In this document: in pieces, positions 12,301 to 24,226 of the stretch
How positions within the stretch are numbered: position 1 is the first letter of the stretch
How the letters are laid out: each line of letters begins with the position of its first letter
Assembly (NCBI RefSeq): GCF_018977255.1
Contig: NW_024704743.1
Span: forward strand, 107,882,001 to 107,946,000
Reading direction: 5' to 3'
Source of the DNA: Callorhinchus milii
Lineage: Eukaryota
DNA length: 64,000 nucleotides
Notes under the pieces: model-generated
The model's database searches: none
What the model was told of the DNA's origin: nothing
Seen by the model: only the letters and a program-made list of their open reading frames with translations
Program-made: the position numbers and the translations under genes

Positions 12301-12689
12301 AACAAAAGCATGTGGAATAAGGAAACTTGCCTAGGGTTTCGCCCTGCCTGGGAGTTGAACCCTGGTCATGTATTTGTAAAGTGGATTGACTGTGTATTTC
12401 ATGGGCGAATCGCGACAGCCAATTGCGCACAAGAAAGATCACATTATAAATCTTATACTTACCTTCATCTCCACCTCCTATTAGAGGTGGGGATGAACAC
12501 ATTTCCTATTGAATTTGAATTTAATTAATTTGATATGTTATTTAATCTGAGTTGGTCAGCAGATCTACAAATTCTTCTATCTCCGAAAGGCAATTGGTTC
12601 AATAAATTTTCTGGTCACACACTGTGGTTGTGTCATACATTAATATTAACTCAAATACCAAAACTAGCTTTATTATTGCACTATAGTAA

Positions 12690-13552
12690 GTCAAGGCCTG
12701 GGAGAGGGTGCAAAGGTCATTTACCTGAATGATTCCAGGGGTGAGGGACTTTACTTATGTGTAGAGACTAGAAAAGCTGGAATTGTTATCCTTAGAGCAG
12801 ATAAGATTAACGGGAGATTTAATAGAGGGTTCAAAATGATGAGGGGTTTTGATAGAGTAAATAAGGAGAAACTGTTTCCACTGACAGGTGAGTTGGTAAG
12901 CAGAGGACACAGATTCAAGATAATTGGCAAAATAATCAGTGGGGAGATGAGGAGAAATGTTTTTCCATAGAGAGTTGTTATGATCTGGAATGCACTCCTT
13001 GAAAGGGTGGTGGAAGCAGATTCAATAATAACTTTAAAAAGGGAATTAGATATATACTTGAAAAGAAAAAAAAATGCAAGGCTATGGGGAAATAGCGGGG
13101 AAATGGGACTAATTGGATAGTTCTTTCAAAGAGCCAGCACAGGTATGATGGGCCTAATTTCCTCCTTTGTGCTGTGCTGTCTCCCTCCCACCTCCGTACC
13201 AACTTGCCCGCTCCCTCCGTTCATCGGACCTGCTCCATGTCTCCTGCCCGATCCGCCCTACCATCGGTGGCCGGGCTTTCAGCCTCTGTGCCCCCACACT
13301 CTGGAACTCCATCCCATTATCCCTTCGCCTCGCTCTCTCCCTTGCCTCCTTCAAGGTCTGTCTCAAGACCCTTCTCTTCAACCGTGCCTTTGGTCTCCCT
13401 CCCACCTCTCTGCCTTCCCTCACCCCTACACCACCCCTCCCCCATGCTCGGGCCCCAACTTACTGTTCAGCACTTTGGGACGTCCTCCCGATGTGAAAGG
13501 CGCTCTATAAATGTAATTTTGTTATTGTTGTTATGGGATTCTATGATTCTAT
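12690..13552 (+). mobile_element. CR1 LINE 3' fragment (split by the L2 at 13181-13532)
   Basis: LEKLELLSLEQ..LTGDLIE and WNALLERVVEADSIITLKRELD remnants; tail gattctatgattcta. Confidence 0.88.
13181..13532 (+). mobile_element. L2 LINE 3' end inserted in a CR1 tail
   Basis: GGRAFSLCAPTLWNSIP...FKVCLKTLLF, then the hairpin tail and (TTG)n. Confidence 0.9.
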
Positions 13553-14579
13553 ATCGACTATATGAACTACTCTCTTGTTCACTCTTTCTGTTTATTTTGC
13601 ATTCTGTTCTGATCTATTGTAATCCCTTTCTCTACCTTCTTTAACTTGAAAACATCTTATTTATCTTTACATCTTCTGCCTAACCACTTCCCCTTTCCAT
13701 TTTGAATGAAACAATATTTTTTCACATATAGGGCAGTGTGAGTCTTTTCATATGCTATAAACCAGGTTTTGCAGATAGGTTTTTAAGACAACAAAAACAC
13801 ATACTCTGAAGATTGAATCAGTTGCATCTGAAGCAGCAAGAAACCACAAGTACTATGCAATAACATTTACATAGCCTTCTCACGTTGGGAGGACGTGTCA
13901 ATTACAATCAATGCCCAGTAGCCTTGATGAGCAAATCATTTTCAGCACTCAGAGGGTTAAATCAATGGGTCGAGTAAAGGCAAATGGATTTTAATGTCCA
14001 TAAATATAAAGCAATACATATTGGAACAGGAATCAGCAAAATGTGTGTACCATTAAGGAACATCCCAGAAAGTTAGAACAAGTAAAAGATTTGGATGTGA
14101 CCTTTCGTCTTTTCTGTGCTGGCTGGAACTTTTGAAAAGACAAATCCTGGGTAAAGTGATTAATAACAGAAGATAGAATAATAATAATCCTTGCATGTGG
14201 CATAGCGCCTTTCACATTAGGAGGATGTCTCAAAGCGTTTCACAAGATTTACTGTAATGTGGTTGTGTAATTCGTAGGCAAACTCCTGCAAAACTACTGG
14301 AATTACTGTACACAGACGAATGCTGCAGCCAATTTGTCCCACAAGCAACAGTGAAGTCAATGAATGTTTCTATTTGGGGGATTATTAGCCAGGATGCTAT
14401 GTATGGACTGTACAAATGTAGTTTCCCTGTCAAAAAGAAGGGAAAATCAGTCAGTAACCTTGACTACAAAAATAGTACCTGTACTGAAGTATTGTGAGGA
14501 GAGCAGGCAGAATAGCAAATGGTGAAATAAGCTTCAGATCAATAGGAAAAAGGGTTAAACTGGTGATATCAGTTTTTCA

Positions 14580-14885
14580 TCTTTCAGGTGAAACATTGAA
14601 CAAATTAAATGCCTGTCCTGCCTGTTCAAATGGACGTTAAAGATCCCATGGCACTATTCAAAAAGAGAAGGGAGTTTCTCCTGGTATCCTGGCCAGCAAT
14701 CGCCCAAATAAAATTGGTCATTTACTTCATGGCTGTTTGTGGAACATTGAAGTGCACAAATTGGCCACCTCAGATTTGCCCACAAAGCACACACACAGTC
14801 ACTACACTTTACAGTAAATCCTGTGAAGTGCTTTGGGACATCCTCCTGATTTGAAAGGCGCTGTGTAAGGATTATTTATTATTGT
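14580..14885 (+). mobile_element. Older Deu-domain SINE fragment (SacSINE1/AmnSINE1-like)
   Basis: ggacgttaaagatcccatggcactattcaaaaagagaagggagtttctcc...ctggcca, recalled as the Deu-domain core. Confidence 0.75.
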
Positions 14886-16906
14886 ACAATACTACTTTGG
14901 AGAGGATTTTGTAAATCAGCTGTAATCAATTCAAGAAAATATATAGTAGCTACCTTAGTTATTATTTAATAAAAAAAACTGAAGGCAGCTGCACAGGCCA
15001 GTTGTATGGGTCACAATTGCCCGATGAGATTAACATTATAAAAGAAAAGCATTGAGTTCCAGAATAACAAAGGTTGCTGAGTGGAGATGATCACAAACAC
15101 TTCCCCAGGATATAAAACTCAGGCAGAAGGAGCAAAAAAAATAACTGGCTAAAAAACAATGTTTAAACCTCAAGGTTTATTTATACTTAGAAATTAGGGA
15201 TACGTTTGGAAAGAATGAGGAATTTTAAGAAGCAATGGAGATTATTACGTACGAAATGCAAAACATAAACATTCAAACTTACGCAAAAGAGAGAATGGAT
15301 CAAATTAGAGACAGCCTATGTTGTGTTTGTTCCAGATGTCTGTAACTGAAAAAGCTCTGATCCAGATGGACAGTGCCTTGTTGGCAGAGCTTAAATTGAT
15401 GCTGGCTGACACATATAATAGAGTAAAAATATTTGAGAACCTTTTTAGAGCAAATTGCTCTATATAGCATTATGATGTAAAAGATGCAAAATACAGTACT
15501 GGATTTTTTTAATGTATTTCTGTGCTGGATGAGCCTGAGGTAACAGAAGGCATTGAAGAGACTGAGCTCTCTAACAAACATGTACCATCCTGGTTTCCTG
15601 ACTGGATGAAGGTGCAGTAAGTGACGATAGTGCAGAAACTGACCTAAAATGAGAAGCAGATTAAACACCAACAATAGCAACAACAATTTGCATTTATATA
15701 GCGCTTTTCACGCAGGTTGGTGTCTCAGAGTGCTGTACAGTGGTGGGTCTGACCAACCAAGCAAGTGGGAGGTAGTCAGGGAGGTGATCACAAGCATGGT
15801 CAAAGAGATAGATCTTAAAGTGGGATTTAAAAATAGATAGAGAGGGAATGAGGCAGAGGGGTCAAGGCAAGGAGTTTCAGAGATTAACTGATGAAACAAT
15901 GGGCCATGGGCCGACAATGGGCCGACGGTAGCTTCAAACTACTGTAGGGTGCACAGAGATAAATTGTGTGGATAAGGATCACGAGGGCAGAAGTTGAGGA
16001 GGGTTTTTTTGTCAGCCGGGTGTCTGACACATGCGGAAACCCATCACCGTTTGAGGGACATTGCTGTGTGCAGATTGGCTGCCGGTTCACCTCCAAAATA
16101 CAGTCACTGCGCTAAACAGTATTTCGTGTTTAGCTCTTTCAGACGTCCTCTTGACGTGAAGGTACCAAATGCAAGAATTGTTATTATTATATCTGGGCTG
16201 CTTCCAGTAAAATGTGGAGAGCATTAGCAGGATAATTGACTTCAATGAGTAGTTTGTTAATTGGTGTCACAGCAAGGTGAATCGCTTTGCTGAAATACTA
16301 AAAGGTTACTCAGATATGGGGATTCCTGGAATAGCACCATCTGGTGCATCAGCTGAGTAATCACCTACAGGTATGGAGAAAGAACAGCAGAGGAATGAGA
16401 TTAGAGCAGTTACAACCAACATAGAAAGGATGGGCCAAATGGGACGTTTCCTCCCTATGGTAAAGGAATCTTTTAGAAGAAGGCTTAGCTTTAAAATGAA
16501 AACCAAGACAGGTAGAACTGGGGTCAGGAGGCATCTAAATGCAGTACCTCACCTTGAGTCAACCTAGTGCATAATTTCCCTCCTGCTGCTCACTGGAGCA
16601 GATTAATAGTTACCTGGAAAAAATATGGTAACTGCAAAGTAGCGTGGGGTGAATGAGGAAGAACACAAGTACCTGCAATGAGAAAAGCAGTTTCAATTAA
16701 TATGTCGACGTGAACGATGCTAACAATTGTAATTTCATAGAATGTTCATAGAATGTTACGGCACAGAAGGAGGCCATTCGGCCCATCGATTTATTGTTGT
16801 TGGTCTTGTTGTGATTCACCTGCACAGCATTCTATTAATTTCAAAGGTATGTGCTCATGTAGGTGACATAACCATGGCAAAATATATTTCAAATGTATGA
16901 GTTTGA

Positions 16907-17289
16907 TTTCTGTAGCTCAGTGGTTAGAGCACTCGCCTTGGAAGCGAGAGGACCTGGGTTTGATTCCCAGACAGGACAAAACGTTGGGCATGTTGCTTTA
17001 CTCCACACGCCTCTCTTTACCTAGCAGTAAGTAGGAGCCCGTTTGTTAGTCGATTGGTAAGGGGGGTAATAATCTCTTACAATAATAATTAAATAATAAT
17101 TATAATTAAATAATCACTTAATCCATGACTATTTGTGGAACACTGCTGTGTGCAATGGGCTGCCATGCTTCGCCCACAAAACATACAGACAATTCACTTT
17201 ACAGTGTATTCTGTGAAGCACTTTGAGATGTCCCAAAAACTTGATAAGGCGCAATATCAAATACAAGGATTACAATTATTATTATTATT
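16907..17289 (+). mobile_element. Full-length tRNA-derived SINE (long subfamily)
   Basis: A box tagctcagtgg, B box ggtttgattcc, central cctctctttacctagcagtaagtagg, Deu-like 3' part, (TTA)n tail. Confidence 0.9.
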
Positions 17290-18217
17290 TATTTCTCTTA
17301 CAAAGATTTTGCCATCCTACATGCATTTATATGCCTTTCTTCATTACCGGTGTCCATCCAGCAGTGTTGTTCTTGTACAGTTCACAGCTCCCATTCAGTG
17401 TTTTGCTGTGGTAATGTTTTATCAGTTTTGAAGTGTGATTGAGTCTCAGAAACAAAGAAACCCTGGAAATCCATATGGTCTTAGGGTTAGTGGAATGATG
17501 AAAGCAGGGTATGTCTCTCCAGGGAGAAAGTGTGCGCACTCCATTCCAGATACAGGGAAATGTCCACGAATATGTATGTGTGGATTCTCTTATGAATGAT
17601 AATAGATTTCCCTATATGTCGAGACATCCAGCTAACCAACAATGTTCTTTGCAATTGGACAGAATATTATCTTTTACAACTATGTTTAGTGCTATGATGA
17701 TAAACTGTTGCCTTTTCACCTGCTTCTTTCTGTAGGTAATACAGAAAGAAGCACTCTTTTTCTGTATTGCCTACTCTCAACATTACAACATAATATCATT
17801 GTCTCCTCAGCATTAATACATAATATAATCCATTGATGATATTCATTCTTCCCTGTACTAAAAGGTTTGTTGGAAATTCTATGTTTTGACCAGGATTTTG
17901 TATTATGCAATATTATTAGAATTATTCTGTATAAATGCGATGAATGGGATTTATTTGGTTTATTGGAATGTTCTGCTTGAATCAGAATTCTTCTCCAACC
18001 GTTTAGTTGTTTAACTGACCTTTAATGCACAAATAATCTGCAATGTTGTCTAATTCATGAGTAAATCCTAAATGAGGCTTTAATTAAACAGAAGCTCTGT
18101 AACAATGCCAGGAGCCCAGAGCTACAGTTATTGCTTGAGAAGCAGGCATAAATGCAATCTTTCTTGTTCCACAGGATATGACTAATCCCTTTGGCGTTTT
18201 GTTGCTTTCACTTCCAG

Positions 18218-18392
18218 GAACACCTTCACAGATATTCTCCGAGCAATCCTTCTGTCCTTGGAAATCCTAATTGAAGACCCAGAGCTACAGATAAATGGTT
18301 TTGTGCTGATTATAGACTGGAGTAATTTCTCATTCAAGCAAGCCTCTGGATTGACTCCTACCATCCTAAGGCTGGCTATAGAGGGCTTACAG
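18218..18392 (+). CDS. CLVS1: Clavesin-1, coding exon 2 ([16 protein letters not shown]...LAIEGLQ)
   Basis: Acceptor ttccag|G completes the Arg codon. 175 nt. Donor CAG|GTCAGT. CRAL-TRIO core [24 protein letters not shown]. Confidence 0.96.
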
Positions 18393-19424
18393 GTCAGTCA
18401 TGTTTTTTTTGCAATGCATTATCAGAGTTTATGCATATTTCCTTTGCTGCTTGAAATGACCTTAATGGTTTATGAGTCTTTGTCCAAAAGAAGCAAAACA
18501 AAACATTCCAAGACTTGAGGATTACTATAACCAATGGTGTGGTACATTGTTTCTCAACCGGTTTGTTACCACGCACTGGTTCAGTTTCTTCTTAGAATGC
18601 AATAAACTATTTGTAAATGAACTACAAGTCTAAAGTGATCTCAAGCTCTCTTGTATGACCAGCCTGTGAAGTTTTCAATGGATCACCCTGGTCCTTGAGA
18701 AACACTAGTGTAGCAGATTAGCACATGTGCTAGTATATAGGTTGCTACAAGCGAGTTCCCACTCAGGAAACCTACCCACAGGGTATGAAAGAACATCAGA
18801 AATCAAGTAATTCCTTGAATTCTCACAAGACCACAAGAGAGGTTTGGATGAAAAAGGCTTCTCTTCCAATTTGATTACACCATTCCAAGATTATCTCCCC
18901 TCCTTTCAGAATATCTCCCTTCCCCACCATCTTCCTAATGCAATATCAAGCCATTTCTGTGGATGACTCTATGTGGAAATACTTCCTTTCTTGTCAGTCC
19001 TAAATTTACCCTTCTTGGCCTATGAAAGTATTGTACCAGGTTTACTTTTTCACATCAAGATCACATCAAGCATCTTGCATACCTTTCAAAAAAATCCCTT
19101 ATGGATATTGCTTTTAGAGACTGAAGAGCTTTGGTTTGTATTGTCGTTCTTTGTACTCACCCTAAAATCACATGGAACTTCCTGAAGACTTTTTGACTTT
19201 TTTATCCGTTCAACTGAGGAAGTTTTACAGACTCCAGTATCTTGCCTGAGTTTTCATTAGTCATCTGTGAGCCTTGATAGCAAGGTACATCAACAGGCTA
19301 CATGACTGTGAGAATATCACTCGGTGTTGACTCACCTTCTGTCAGCACGAGTCACTGGTTGTTCATCAGGAACAGGAAGCCTGGCTCTACTTCCTTTTCC
19401 TAACTGCGGCCAATTGTAGTATTT

Positions 19425-19815
19425 AGAATGCCGGCATTGCTCAGTTGGTGGCACTTTTGTCTCTGGGTCAAAAGGTTGTAGGTTCAAGCCTAACATCGTG
19501 ATTTTGAAGTTACTATCTAAATACAAGGAGAGGTTGGACGTACCATCCATCAGATCAGACTTTTAATCAAGGTCTGCCTGTGTGATACTGTTCCTGTATC
19601 ATTGTTTTCAAAGAGAAGGGAGTTTCTCTAAGTGTCCTTGCCAACAATCTTCCCAATGAATTGGTACTCTCCAAAGCTGTGTGTAGGACCTTGCTGTACA
19701 CATGTTGACTTCTGTGTTTGCCTTCAAACATGCAGTCACTTGGCAGAAATTACCTGTGGAGCAAGTTGAGACATTTCAGAGTTACGGATGCTATATTAAT
19801 TGCAAGAATTATTTA
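19425..19815 (+). mobile_element. Older Deu-domain SINE, near full length
   Basis: gctcagttggtggcac...ggttgtaggttcaagcc head, Deu core, degenerate tail. Confidence 0.7.
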
Positions 19816-20642
19816 ATTCTAGTGCTGACTTCATTTGATATCAGCTAACTCAGCACCAATTGAACCTGAGACTGTATGGCACTGGATCAACTCGTTGAGC
19901 CATCGAGAAGGTCACAAAATGCAGCATGAAATATAACTGGAAATTACATCAAGAAAACCTGAAATAGTTACAAACCCTTTCTGAAGGCATTTACTGTCGC
20001 AGAGTTAAAACATGTATTGATTCGTAGCTATTCAGCAGAGCATTCCACCTTTAATGAAACCTGTTAAAGGTGTGAAGAATACATTGAACTGTTAAGTAAA
20101 TGTGATAGATTGTGCTTGCAGCTCTGTGAGGTGTTAAAGACTGTCTCTTGGAATCTATTTATACAGGAAGATTAAATAAATCACTGAAAAATACTCGCAA
20201 AATCCAGTTTAAATCGGCTGGTTTTAAATTCTCTTGCACATGTGTGTGTAGTTTTACACAAGAGATTAACACTGCGTAATATCACAACAACAACAATTTG
20301 TGCTTATACAGTGTCTTTCACATAGGAAAACATCTCAAAGTGCTTGGATGGAGTGGATCAGAGCGAGATGTCAATGGGTGGAGGGATTTTAGAAGGAATT
20401 TTCAGATTTAGCAGCTGAACATTTAGCCACCAACAATGAGGCGCAAGGGGCAAGGGGCAGCATGCCTGAGTTTGAGGTTATTACTGTGAATCTGGAAATG
20501 GGAGCAATGTTGCAATACCAATGTTGCAACTGAATCCTTCTCCAGCTCATGAGTTTAGTACCAGATACTGTGCTTTGTGCATTAATTTTAGCTTGTGTGG
20601 GTGATAAGAGGAGCAGGTCACAGTGGAGTGGCTGATGAGAGG

Positions 20643-21182
20643 ATAATAATAATAATAATAATCCTTGCATTTGATATAGTGCTTTTTCACGTCTTCTAGA
20701 CATCTCAAAGCGCTTCAGAGAATAATAATAATACTTGAATTTGATATAGCGCTTTTCACGTCTTCTCGACATCTTAAAGCGCTTCACAGAATAGACTATA
20801 AAGTGAATTGACTGTATATTTTTTGTGGGCGAAACGCGGCAGCCAATTGCGCACAGCAGTGTCCCACAAACAGTTGTGGATTGAAAATGACCAATTTATT
20901 ATTGTTTTGTTTTGGAGGAATTATTATTAGGAGTGTGGAGTAAGGAAACTTGCCCAAGGTTTTGCCCTGCCTGGAATTGAACCCAGGTATCTCGCTTGGA
21001 AGGCAATTGCTCTAACCACTGAGCTACAGGACTCCACATACTGGAGTGTATACTGTAAAGTGAATTGACTGTATATTTGTGGGTGAAATGCGGCAGCCAA
21101 TTGCACACAGCAGTGTCCCACAAACAGTCGTGGGTTGAAGTGACCAAATTATTATTGTTTTTTTTCTTGAAGGATTATTATC
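20643..21182 (-). mobile_element. SINE cluster: duplicated tail, full short-subfamily copy (20721-21036) and a further fragment
   Basis: Direct comparison with other copies. Confidence 0.88.
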
Positions 21183-21454
21183 AGGCTCTCGTCTCTGGGT
21201 CGAAACTGATCTCTGGACTGCTGCACTGCTTTACTTTATAGCAATAGCACTTCTCACTTGCTGTCATTTCCACCCGAGGGTATGACCTCATCATCCTTCT
21301 CAAGCGATGACGCCTGATGTAGAGAGACATCATCTTGTCATGGCATGTGACACTCGTGTGCTCATTCTTTACATGGAGCTTAGATTACGTTTATAATAGA
21401 CCATAATTCCATAATAGTGTACAATCTTAAATGTCTTAAAACTTAAATCTCAAA

Positions 21455-21892
21455 TCCAGGTCATCCAAAACTCTGCCGCCCGCATTCTTACCTCCACCAA
21501 ATTCCCCGACAACCCCAGTCCTTGCCAGACTGCACTGGCCGCCTGTCCCAGAGAGCATCAACTTCAAGATCCTCACCCTTGTCGTCAAAACCTTCCACTC
21601 CTCTGCACCCCCCCTACCTCTCTGACCTCCTCTCTCCTCAAAACAGTGCCCGTTGCCTTTGTTGCACCGGGACTGGCCTCCTTCTTGTCCCCCGAGTCCT
21701 TTGATCCACCATCGGTGGCTGTGCCTTCAGTCACTCTGCCCCAAGCTCTGAAACTCTCTTCCTCACTCCCTTCGCCTCGTCACCTTCCTCCCCCTCCCCT
21801 TGGCTCGGCCCCGGGATCTGTTACTGGGAAGCGCTCTGAGATGCCATCCGGCGTGGAGGGCGCTATATCAATCCAAGTTTTTGTTGTTGTTA
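21455..21892 (+). mobile_element. L2 3' fragment
   Basis: IQNSAARIL-like coding remnant plus (TTG)n tail. Confidence 0.8.
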
Positions 21893-22059
21893 CAGCAAAA
21901 TTGCCTCTCACATTGGCAGAACACCTCACACTGCACTCAAGCTGGGGCAGAGGGGTGGGTGAGGCTGGGAGGGGAGCTGAAGAGAGTGGAGAGGAGATAG
22001 AGGCTGGTGACACCCAATGGTGCCACACCTTGCAATGTTCCCTCCAGCACAACCTCCCA

Positions 22060-22238
22060 GACGGTGGAGAATTTAGAGATCGGGAGCGACTGTCATTGTG
22101 CCGATATCATTGGGGTATTCAGGCGCAAAACTAATCAACAGCGGAGTGGGATTGATTTGGATAGCTCTTTTAAAAGAGCCGGCACAGACATGATGGGCCG
22201 AATGGCCTCCTTCTGTGCTGTATGATTCTATGATTCTA
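22060..22238 (+). mobile_element. CR1 3' end (short tails also at about 10615-10692 and 16735-16790)
   Basis: gatgggccgaatggcctccttctgtgctgtatgattctatgattct. Confidence 0.82.
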
Positions 22239-23254
22239 ACAATTAATGACTGAAAGCCTGACCTGTAGTTTTACTGATTCTTTGCCTGCAAAACCAGATT
22301 GTCTTAAAACTTAAGATGGTGCAGAATTGTGGAAAATTCTTAAATAGAGTCTTAATTTGGAAGCTTTTTTTTCAGAACTGTGGAAAACCGACTTCCAAAT
22401 TAAAACTTAATTTAACATTTTTCAGAATTCTACACAATCTTAAACGTTACAGCAAAATGATCTAACAGGATAACCGTAGGTGGAATTTTCAGGATTCAAT
22501 AGTCCACCTTAACTGATTCAATGTGAATTGGTTATGAAAGAGCACATTTTTTCACCCCTATTACAATACCTAAGTTTAGAAAGTCAGCCAGAAATTTGAC
22601 AAGAGTATTAATATCTTGTATAAATTATATCCTCTAGTAACACCTCCCTGTTTTCCTCTGAATTAGATCCCATATTCCCTGAAACAATCAGTTCTCCCTT
22701 TCCAAACAGAACATGCGAAGAGGGTGGGGATGGGGGAGCGGGGCAGAAGGAGGAATCTAGGTGCTGCCCTTGGTACTGAACTTGAGAATACTGTTTCCTA
22801 ACCAAAGAGCAAGTTATATTATAGAACCATCTATTATACATGGGGCTGTCATGAACATAACATATGCTCACCTTCAAGAATTCTGAATGTTTGTATTAGT
22901 CACAGACTGGCAGCTATAACTCAGTGGTTATGTTTTCTCCTTAAATGGAGTGATGCAGTCCCCAGTGAAAATGCGACACAAATAAATGCCTCGCATTTTC
23001 CAGCAAGGAAAAATGGTACTTTCAACTCAAGTGCTATCAGTGACTTTATATTTTGCTGTAATGAGCAGGTAGGTTATTTGCAGTGTTTTACCGATGGGAA
23101 GATAGATCAAAAAGACAAGCAGGCTTGTCTCTATTTTTAAATTAATTTTATTGTTAATGTCTCTAAAGACTTGTTGTAAATGAGTTTGGGGATCTCCTGT
23201 CTCTCAAAATATGAATCAGTTTTTTTAAACTTTCTTCTTACGTGGATATTTTAA

Positions 23255-23552
23255 GTACTCTCCTTTCAGATGAGATGTTAAACTGAGCTACCTTCTGCCT
23301 GTTCAGGTGGATGTTGAAGATCCCATGGCATTATTCAAAAAGAGAAGGGAGTTTCTCCCAATGTCCTGGCCAACAATCCCCCAGATAAAACTGATCATTC
23401 ACTCCATGGCTGTTTGTGGGACATTGCTGTGCATGAACTGGCTTCCATATTCGCCTAGAAAATATACAGTCATTACATTTTACAATCGTTTGAAGTGTTT
23501 TGAGGCACCCTCCTACTGTGAAAGGCACTATAAATAAATGCAAGAATTACTA
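23255..23552 (+). mobile_element. Older Deu-domain SINE fragment
   Basis: cagatgagatgttaaactgag...caggtggatgttgaagatcccatggca core. Confidence 0.78.
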
Positions 23553-24226
23553 ATGCTTTCCACCTATAATTTTATGCAAATCTGTTAAGGATGTTTCTGA
23601 AATATGATCATTGCAACAACAACTGATATTTATATAAATGCCTTTTACCTTACAAAACATCTTAAAATTGGTCCACACCAGGGTCAGTCACTGTTGGTGG
23701 AGTGTAGGGATAAAGAGAGAGCAGGACGCCAGATTCGAAAGAATGGATGATACAGACTAGATTTCATAGATTGCATAGATGATTGGGGGAGACCATGGAT
23801 GGTTTTGAAGACCAGAACAATTATCTTAATTGGGATCCATTAATGAGGATCTGGGTACCATTGGAGTGAAGCTTGGCAAGGATGGAAGTTATGGGTGTGT
23901 GGAGCATTTGAGACCAATTTGAAGCATTTTAGCAGCAGTGCTGCTGAGTCAGGATGTAAGTGAGCACTGTTTTGGAGGTGGAAGGAGTCAGTCTTAGCAA
24001 TGGACCAGACATGGGCTTTGAAATTTTTTATTGATAATAATAATTCTTGCATTTGATATAGCACCTTATCACGTCATTGAAACATCTCAAAGCCCTTTAC
24101 AGAATATATTGTCAGGTTATTGAGAGTATATTTTATGAGTAAAAGTTTGCTCAGCATGAAACAGAATTCCAAGACTGTGAAGCACATGGCTCAGTCTAAG
24201 CAGAACCGTAGGTGGTCCAAATGGTG

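Noticed and set aside
18528..18582. Possible pre-miRNA hairpin
   Set aside because: Short imperfect stem; contains a cattgtttctcaacc DNA-transposon-like terminus and no recognisable miRNA.
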